Assembly (NCBI GenBank): GCA_964492195.1
Contig: CAZBJL010000004.1
Span: 3,621 to 67,620, forward strand
Direction of reading: 5' to 3'
Length of the DNA: 64,000 bases
Source: an uncultured Candidatus Saccharibacteria bacterium
GTDB taxonomy: Bacteria; Patescibacteriota; Minisyncoccia; Phycocordibacterales; DATGWK01
The position numbers and the translations under genes were made by a program. A model generated the notes under the pieces. The model did no database searches. It was not told the DNA's origin and saw only the letters and a program-made list of their open reading frames with translations. Positions 58,483 through 64,000 of the stretch are shown here, in pieces (the stretch's first letter is position 1; the number at the start of each line of letters is the position of its first letter).

Positions 58483-58758
58483 TTACTTTTTTCCAGAATT
58501 GGCTTTTTCTTTTCTTAAAATTTCTCTTTTGACTTCCATTCCGCCACGATTGTACCCGCCCATGCCGCCATCAGACCGAACAACACGATGGCATGGAATG
58601 TGTGGATCGTAGTTTGTTTTAAGAATACTTCCGACTGCACGATATGCTTTTGGCCGACCAGCCTTTTCTGCCACCAGTTTATATGTAAGCGTCTTACCTT
58701 CAGGAATTTTTCTTACGATTGCAAAAACTTTTTCTACAAATGGTGAAGTTGATTTCAT
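58483..58758 (-). CDS. ogt: Methylated-DNA--protein-cysteine methyltransferase, DNA-binding/active-site domain only (Ogt/MGMT family)
   Basis: 91 aa; HTH plus the active-site PCHRVV motif with the Cys retained. Confidence 0.8.
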   Translation of the reverse strand: MKSTSPFVEKVFAIVRKIPEGKTLTYKLVAEKAGRPKAYRAVGSILKTNYDPHIPCHRVVRSDGGMGGYNRGGMEVKREILRKEKANSGKK

Positions 58759-58762
58759 GAAC

Positions 58763-59614
58763 TTAGAAAAGTGGTTGATTTGAATCCTTAATTTTTTTCA
58801 CATTTTTGGGAACTGATTTTGTTTTCGGCTTTTTAGTTTCAGAGTGAGGAGTTATTTCTGGTAATCCAGCTTCGCTCTCAACAAGAATAATATATGAACA
58901 ATATTCGCAATCACTATTGCCTGTGGGAATTTTTTCAGACATCAAACACTCTTTAATATCGTGCAGCGTTTGATCAATCCACCCATCATTGCCTTCGTAG
59001 GGAATAACAGCAACATCAAATTCTAGTTTGCCATCGAACGCTTCCTTGTCCGTTTTGCCGTTTACATATACAAAATACCCAACATTAGAAACCTTGAAAT
59101 CATTCTGCCTAAAAAGCCATTGGTATATTTCCATTTGGCGTTTATATTGAATTTTCCACTCATCATCAAGCGTAATTTTGCCTTCTTTACTTGTTGCTTT
59201 GTAGTCAACGATAATTAATTCGCCGGAAGGAGTAACCCAGACATCATCAATACCTCCGCGGATAAAAAGATTGGTTGGTTTGTGGAGGGTCGCAATACCG
59301 CGTTTGAGAGCATCGCGCCACTCCTCCATTCTTTCATGCTTAAAAGGTACTGCATCAATCTTGTACGCTTTCATTAATGGATGAGCAGCTTGCTTTGTTC
59401 GATACACGTCGAATTCCTTTTTGAGAAGTAAATCGACAGCGCTGTTGAGAGCGAACGGTGGACCTTTCGGACGCGAAACACCTCTACAGCTATCGAGATA
59501 AAAACATCGCTGACACTGCGTAAAAAGCTCGATTTTTGTGCGGCTTAATTTGAATGGATCTTTTGATTTTCTGTCAAAAAGGTACCATTGTCTCTTTTTT
59601 GCAGGAAACGGCAT
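58763..59614 (-). CDS. Cas4/RecB-like PD-(D/E)xK nuclease with Fe-S cluster cysteines (standalone)
   Basis: N-terminal Cys cluster (CQRCFYLDSC). GGIDDVW...IIVDYKAT (D...D.K core). QYKRQMEIYQWL (QxxxY). C-terminal Cys (C...CEYC). No CRISPR array or other cas genes in the window. Confidence 0.65.
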   Translation of the reverse strand: MPFPAKKRQWYLFDRKSKDPFKLSRTKIELFTQCQRCFYLDSCRGVSRPKGPPFALNSAVDLLLKKEFDVYRTKQAAHPLMKAYKIDAVPFKHERMEEWRDALKRGIATLHKPTNLFIRGGIDDVWVTPSGELIIVDYKATSKEGKITLDDEWKIQYKRQMEIYQWLFRQNDFKVSNVGYFVYVNGKTDKEAFDGKLEFDVAVIPYEGNDGWIDQTLHDIKECLMSEKIPTGNSDCEYCSYIILVESEAGLPEITPHSETKKPKTKSVPKNVKKIKDSNQPLF

Positions 59615-59620
59615 GTAAAA

Positions 59621-60451
59621 TTAAATATTGTTTACTTCCTCAACTATTTTTTCTGCACGATCTTTTGGTAAACCAGCATCTATGAGGATTGAGGTGTTAT
59701 TGCGAATTTGTTTGCAGAGCACAATTCCTTGTTGAAGGAGCGATTTCAATTCCCCACTATGGATTTCAGTAAGACACGTAATGGGCATGAGGTCACCGTC
59801 TTCGATCATAGATTGCAAACTTACGTCACCCGGATAATTCCAGCCGATCATTGTCATGTTTTTGCAGAGTCCGTATTCGATCGCAGTGGAAGTAAAACCA
59901 GTGTTGGTGATTAGCCACGCTTCGTTCAGTGTTCGGCGTTTATTGCCGTAAAAATGCGTCACTTCAAGCAAATCATCGAATCTTGCCTTTACGTAAAGCG
60001 CAACCTTCAAATCGCATTTCATTCCACGCTGATTGTGAAATTTTGCTTCACACATAATAAGTTTTTTATCGTTCCAGGCAACAACGTCAACTTCATGCTC
60101 AACACAACCACCTTTCACAATTTGATTTGTTTCCGCAGAATAGCCTTGGCTTCTAAAAATTTCAGCGACATACTTTTCAAATGGAAATCCGGAAGGACCA
60201 AGAGCAGAAACGGCTTGTCGCATTCCGTATCGATATGAAGCAGGAGTTTGAAATTTATGCAAAAGGAAAAAGGCGTGTTTGTAGATTTGGGCGGTCGTCG
60301 TACCATCCACTAATTCCTTTTGAACGTGGTCGATGATTTTACTAACAATTTCAGGACTTGCTTTCGCCGCTGTAAGCGATTTCTCGAGCTTACTTGGGTC
60401 AAACTGTTCCAATTGGCCATTGGCCTTCAAAACATTCGGTATATTGGTCAT
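59621..60451 (-). CDS. ATP-cone domain fused to a restriction-endonuclease-like (Mrr_cat-type PD-(D/E)xK) domain
   Basis: Residues ~5-90: VLKANGQLEQFDPSKLEKSLTAA...IVSKIIDHVQKEL...TTAQIYKHAFFLL (ATP-cone pattern). Then GYSAETNQIVKGGCVEHEVDVVAWNDKKLIMCEAKFHN (D/E...ExK endonuclease core). Confidence 0.6.
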   Translation of the reverse strand: MTNIPNVLKANGQLEQFDPSKLEKSLTAAKASPEIVSKIIDHVQKELVDGTTTAQIYKHAFFLLHKFQTPASYRYGMRQAVSALGPSGFPFEKYVAEIFRSQGYSAETNQIVKGGCVEHEVDVVAWNDKKLIMCEAKFHNQRGMKCDLKVALYVKARFDDLLEVTHFYGNKRRTLNEAWLITNTGFTSTAIEYGLCKNMTMIGWNYPGDVSLQSMIEDGDLMPITCLTEIHSGELKSLLQQGIVLCKQIRNNTSILIDAGLPKDRAEKIVEEVNNI

Positions 60452-60460
60452 GTTTTTATT

Positions 60461-61456
60461 TTACCTTAAATAGAGTTGTTTGTTTTTCACATGTTCAGAA
60501 AATGTCGAAGCATAATGCATCTTCCCCGCACCATCTGACAAGAAATAGTAATACGTGGTTTTCTCTGGGGTAATTGTCGCAAGGATAGAATCAAGTCCTG
60601 GATTCGCAATCGGTGTTGGCGGAAGCCCAGGATTTTTGTAGACGTTATACGGAGAATCATCAGCAAGGTCAGCTCGGGTAAGTTCCGCGGTTGTTTTGCC
60701 GTTAATGTATTTAAACGCAACATCAACTTGAAGAGGCATTCCTTCATCAATTCGTTTCCAGAGAATACCAGCAATAATTCGTCGAGTTTCGAAATCTCGC
60801 GCTTCAGTTTCGACAATCGACGCCATCGTAATAATGTCATCCACACTTTTTCCAAATTCTATAATTTCTTTTTCGTGAAGTTTTATATGAACGTCAAAAT
60901 TAACTTTCATGGTTTCGATCGCTTTTTTCGATGTCACGTTTGGAGCAAAAAAGTATGTGTCTGGAAATAAATACCCTTCCGGAGCGGTCAGAAGAAACGT
61001 TTCAATATCAAAATGAGGCAAACGACGGACAAGCAACTGCCCAATTTCAAATTTATTAAGACCTTCCGGGATCGTAATTTTTACGGGCTGTATGTTGAAT
61101 TTGCCGTGCACAACTCTCTCGGCAATAGAATACGCGGACAGCGGCTTCTCAAACATATAATCCCCTGCAATAACTCCAGAACCTTCAAGAAAAATACCAC
61201 CGACAATGGCCTCAAAAGCTAATTCGGAGCGAATATATCCTTTTGATCTCAAGGATTTTGCAATTTCTGAAAGAGTCTGGCCACTTTCTATTGTAAAAAT
61301 TTCATCGGATGTAAACGCATCGGACGGAGCGATCAGAAAATAAAGCACGATACATACGAGAAACAGAGCAAAAACCACGCCAACAAATATCTGAAAGCGA
61401 GAAGATACTCTGAAATCCCGGTACGACTGAAATTGATTCATGAGTCGATCCATCAC
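60461..61456 (-). CDS. mltG: Endolytic murein transglycosylase MltG (YceG-like)
   Basis: N-terminal TM, YceG domain with ...DSPYNVYKNPGLPPTPIANPG... signature. Confidence 0.85.
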   Translation of the reverse strand: MMDRLMNQFQSYRDFRVSSRFQIFVGVVFALFLVCIVLYFLIAPSDAFTSDEIFTIESGQTLSEIAKSLRSKGYIRSELAFEAIVGGIFLEGSGVIAGDYMFEKPLSAYSIAERVVHGKFNIQPVKITIPEGLNKFEIGQLLVRRLPHFDIETFLLTAPEGYLFPDTYFFAPNVTSKKAIETMKVNFDVHIKLHEKEIIEFGKSVDDIITMASIVETEARDFETRRIIAGILWKRIDEGMPLQVDVAFKYINGKTTAELTRADLADDSPYNVYKNPGLPPTPIANPGLDSILATITPEKTTYYYFLSDGAGKMHYASTFSEHVKNKQLYLR

Positions 61457-61458
61457 AT

Positions 61459-62688
61459 TTAAATCGGCAAATTAGCTGGAGCTTCGCTTTTCTTAGAACC
61501 AATTTTAGTAAGAGTTGGAGTACCAACAACCTTGCCTGGCAAATGGAAGATAGTCGCGATTTCTTCTGTCGTAAGGATGAACGGTTTAGCCATGATGTAT
61601 TTGTATGGAATCTGGAAGAAAGATCGGAGTTTGTAGGCATTGAGAAGGCTTATTTCGCGCGCACGCTGGCGATGCTGACGGAAATCCTGCCACGGGTAAT
61701 CGAAACCAGTTCCGCCTCCTATCCTGATTTCATTCAAAGACTGGGATCCGTATTGCCTAAAACTACCAATAAGCCCGGTAATACCGATAGGGTCAAATGC
61801 ATCCTTTCTCGCAATATAAAAACCCCTGATTCCAACTTCAAAAGGTAGCTTCGATAAGCTTCGTTCCAATGCAGCGATAACATCTTTCTCACCAGAAGTT
61901 GGGGCGCGTTTTCCAGCTCCTTCATCATCCCCACCACTAATGTCTTCTATCTTCTTTTTGATTTCTTTTTTGGCCTTGTCCGTCCAATCAGGCCTTGCAA
62001 ACACAGCGTCGTCTTTCACACTCATTTTTCGATGAGCCTGAATCAAAATTTGAATCCAAACCTGCTCTCCGGCTTTAATGCTGCCTAAAAATTCCAACAC
62101 AGACGACATTGGATCAATTTTTGACTCTTCTTCTTGCTCCTTATCCAAACCATAGTCGATATATGTTTTTATTGGATAAATATCAGGCTTTTTTAATTTA
62201 AACGTTAGACCAACAAGAGACATCTCGCTTGGATCAACAAAAACTTTTTTGGTGTAGTCTTCAGTTTCGTAGATTTCAACACCCGGATATTGAGCGTAAA
62301 ATTGGGATTCAATTAATTGTCTGAATCTTGGCTGGGTCCAGATAAAAAAACGAACATTTCCTTCAATGGAAACTATTTCGAGAGAAAACCACGGTCTATA
62401 TTTCCCCTTCACAAATGTAGAAAGATAATCACTCGCACCTCCTTGAAACAGGGAGGTAATAATCATTTCCATTGCCGCAGGAGATTTAAACACGTCGCGG
62501 GGCAGTTTTATTTCAAGCAAAATACCACCGGCTTTCACTATTGCATTTGTCCGAACATATTTAAGCCAGATGGATATAAACATTCCAAGAAGCAATATCG
62601 GGAGCCACACTGGTGACGTTTGAAACAAAAGATGTATAACGACACCTAAAAAATTGGGTCTAAATGCAGGGAGAAGATCATTGAGCAT
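61459..62688 (-). CDS. Hypothetical membrane protein (409 aa: two N-terminal TM helices plus ~340-aa cytoplasmic domain)
   Basis: No Walker A or other recognisable catalytic motif. Tightly packed (2-nt gap) upstream of mltG. Confidence 0.6.
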   Translation of the reverse strand: MLNDLLPAFRPNFLGVVIHLLFQTSPVWLPILLLGMFISIWLKYVRTNAIVKAGGILLEIKLPRDVFKSPAAMEMIITSLFQGGASDYLSTFVKGKYRPWFSLEIVSIEGNVRFFIWTQPRFRQLIESQFYAQYPGVEIYETEDYTKKVFVDPSEMSLVGLTFKLKKPDIYPIKTYIDYGLDKEQEEESKIDPMSSVLEFLGSIKAGEQVWIQILIQAHRKMSVKDDAVFARPDWTDKAKKEIKKKIEDISGGDDEGAGKRAPTSGEKDVIAALERSLSKLPFEVGIRGFYIARKDAFDPIGITGLIGSFRQYGSQSLNEIRIGGGTGFDYPWQDFRQHRQRAREISLLNAYKLRSFFQIPYKYIMAKPFILTTEEIATIFHLPGKVVGTPTLTKIGSKKSEAPANLPI

Positions 62689-62780
62689 GATTTATTATAA
62701 CAAATTACGGTATATGCCTATACAAAACAATCCCCTGATTTCTCAAGGGATTGTTAAATCTATTCACAAAGAGGCTGTAT

Positions 62781-63830
62781 TTAAGCTAACGAGTACCGAT
62801 TCTGTTTGTCTTTTTTGAAGAATTTTGAATTCTGGAGGTTCACAAGAATGGTGTTTGGTTTCACGTATCGTTCCGTAAGTACCTTCTCAATGATTTTTTC
62901 CTTTGTAAGCGGACCATCCTTTTCGAGAATCTTTTTGATGACGTCTTTTACAACACCGCTCATATATCCCCACTCTGCGAGCGCATAGAGACCACGACCA
63001 ACAAGAACAAAACGAGGATCTTTAATGAGTTCGTTGTGTGTTGTTGCAACGTGCGCTTTTTTATTGAACACTTCTGTGATCAAACGAGCAACTTCACGGA
63101 AATGAATTGGAGAACCATGCTTTCGAATAACGAGAAACGCGTAATCTCGAACACCACGAGCATTGATGTTTGAAGATCCTGATTTACCCCATTCACCGAG
63201 CGGGTTTTTATTCAAAGACTTTGACATCCAGAGCCAACGCTTGATGACTTCTTCATTTTTGTACTCTTCGGAAACGTCTTTAATGTAAGAAAGGAATGAT
63301 TCGATGATTGTTGATTCTGGAACGATCGCATCGTCGTCGAGATCACTGTAAATCTTTCGGAGTGTTTCGTGAATTTTTTCGGCAAGCTTGTTGTCGATAT
63401 GCCAATGAGTTTTGAACTCTTCGTCTTCTTTATATTTTTTGAAATCTTCACCAACAACAAGGAGGAAATGAGTATGGTTTTGAGTAGATTTATCAGAAGA
63501 AAATTTATTTAAGAGGTCGTGCTCGGAAAGTACGCCACCAAGTCCAGAAAGATGCTGTTTCAATTCCTGAAACGCCTTCGTTTCTTTTTCGTACTCTTTT
63601 GATTTTCGAATATTGGTAATCGAGTGGTTTTCAATCTGACGAACTCGCTCACGAGTGATGCCGTATTTTTTACCAATTGATTCGAGTGTCATTTTCTTTG
63701 TTTCGGTACCGAGACCGTAACGGCTTGAAACAACATCGCGTCCGCGCTCAGAGAGAACTCCGAGTAAACGTTTCGTTACCTGCTTTGGATTAAATGACGG
63801 TGTTATTTGTTTTGTTTTCTTTTCACTCAT
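62781..63830 (-). CDS. Sigma-70 region 4 domain fused to a C-terminal HARE-HTH domain (putative transcription regulator)
   Basis: Start at ATG (MSEKKTKQ...); the track's TTG-start extension runs through the promoter. Region-4-like VLSERGRDVVSSRYGLGTETKKMTLESIGKKYGITRERVRQIENHSITNIRK. C-terminal HARE-HTH-like ...AFLVIRKHGSPIHFREVARLITE...RFVLVGRGLYALAEWGY. Confidence 0.65.
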   Translation of the reverse strand: MSEKKTKQITPSFNPKQVTKRLLGVLSERGRDVVSSRYGLGTETKKMTLESIGKKYGITRERVRQIENHSITNIRKSKEYEKETKAFQELKQHLSGLGGVLSEHDLLNKFSSDKSTQNHTHFLLVVGEDFKKYKEDEEFKTHWHIDNKLAEKIHETLRKIYSDLDDDAIVPESTIIESFLSYIKDVSEEYKNEEVIKRWLWMSKSLNKNPLGEWGKSGSSNINARGVRDYAFLVIRKHGSPIHFREVARLITEVFNKKAHVATTHNELIKDPRFVLVGRGLYALAEWGYMSGVVKDVIKKILEKDGPLTKEKIIEKVLTERYVKPNTILVNLQNSKFFKKDKQNRYSLA

Positions 63831-63865
63831 GATTTTTAATCGGCCTTTAATATAATTACGACAAA

Positions 63866-63894
63866 TTTTACTATCATTGCTGAAATTAGTCAAT
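63866..63894 (-). promoter_or_regulatory. Sigma-70-type promoter (TTGACT-17-TAAAAT) for the sigma-r4/HARE-HTH gene
   Basis: On the minus strand: ttgact (63894..63889), 17-nt spacer, taaaat (63871..63866), about 35 nt upstream of the ATG. Confidence 0.4.
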
Positions 63895-64000
63895 ACGTCT
63901 TGACATAAAGGCAAAATTTAGCCAATTACGAAGTTAATCAACTTATTTTTAACAAAAATCACCTTCTTGATTGTGGCTCCATTAAGCCATTTTTTTACAT

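Noticed and set aside
63831-63914. TTG-start extension of the sigma-r4/HARE ORF
   Set aside because: The extension covers a well-formed TTGACT-17-TAAAAT promoter and begins with a non-ATG codon. ATG at ~63830 is preferred.
1-64000. CRISPR arrays, rRNA genes, IS elements or transposases
   Set aside because: No tandem direct repeats with spacers, no rRNA-like conserved stretches and no transposase or integrase ORFs were seen anywhere in the window.

Overview
The window is dense, low-GC housekeeping DNA from a small-genome bacterium. An origin in Patescibacteria/CPR is an inference. It rests on short proteins, an alanyl-tRNA synthetase without its C-terminal domain, weak ribosome-binding sites, episymbiont-style surface and lytic proteins, and a full cell-wall and rod-shape gene set.

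Genes I can support from the translations:
- A partial priA at the left edge whose Walker A and B motifs are degenerate.
- murA and a divergent first mreB.
- A roughly 430-nt structured non-coding region ending in a strong intrinsic terminator.
- holB-like, a membrane metal-dependent hydrolase, frr, rseP and proS.
- A second mreB with mreC, an mreD-like gene and mrdA.
- greA and lysS.
- A cell-division/cell-wall cluster: mraZ, rsmH, ftsL-like, ftsI, murF.
- tRNA-Glu(CUC).
- A 917-aa secreted protein with peptidoglycan-binding, Cys-flanked DxDxDG and PKD-like domains.
- yqeY, rmuC, rplU, recR, dnaB, cysS, ctp, rplI, rpmA.
- An Ada-zinc-like membrane protein followed by a DnaQ-like exonuclease.
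- A secreted lytic-transglycosylase/lysozyme-like protein.
- A GH5-like lipoprotein, a DMT transporter and a GH1 beta-glucosidase.
- An M23 peptidase, gltX, murG, ftsW, mraY, a D-Ala-D-Ala carboxypeptidase, scpB, scpA, trpS.
- A two-gene hypothetical islet on the opposite strand, with its own consensus promoter and terminators.
- A long co-directional minus-strand run: grpE-dnaK-dnaJ, ribosomal genes (rpsI, rplM, rplQ, rpoA, rpsD, rpsK, rpsM, rpmJ, infA), a membrane protein plus a divergent actin-like ATPase, alaS, and a tight DNA-repair/nuclease operon.
- That operon holds a family-4 UDG, an Ogt-domain protein, a Cas4-like Fe-S nuclease and an ATP-cone::restriction-endonuclease-like fusion, followed by mltG, a large hypothetical membrane protein and a sigma-70-region-4/HARE-HTH fusion protein.

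I found no CRISPR array, rRNA or recognisable transposase.

The best candidates for something new are:
- the ATP-cone-nuclease / Cas4-like / Ogt / UDG operon;
- the sigma-region-4/HARE-HTH regulator;
- the opposite-strand two-gene islet;
- the actin-like-ATPase / membrane-protein pair;
- the helicase-motif-degenerate PriA;
- the unassigned structured RNA.
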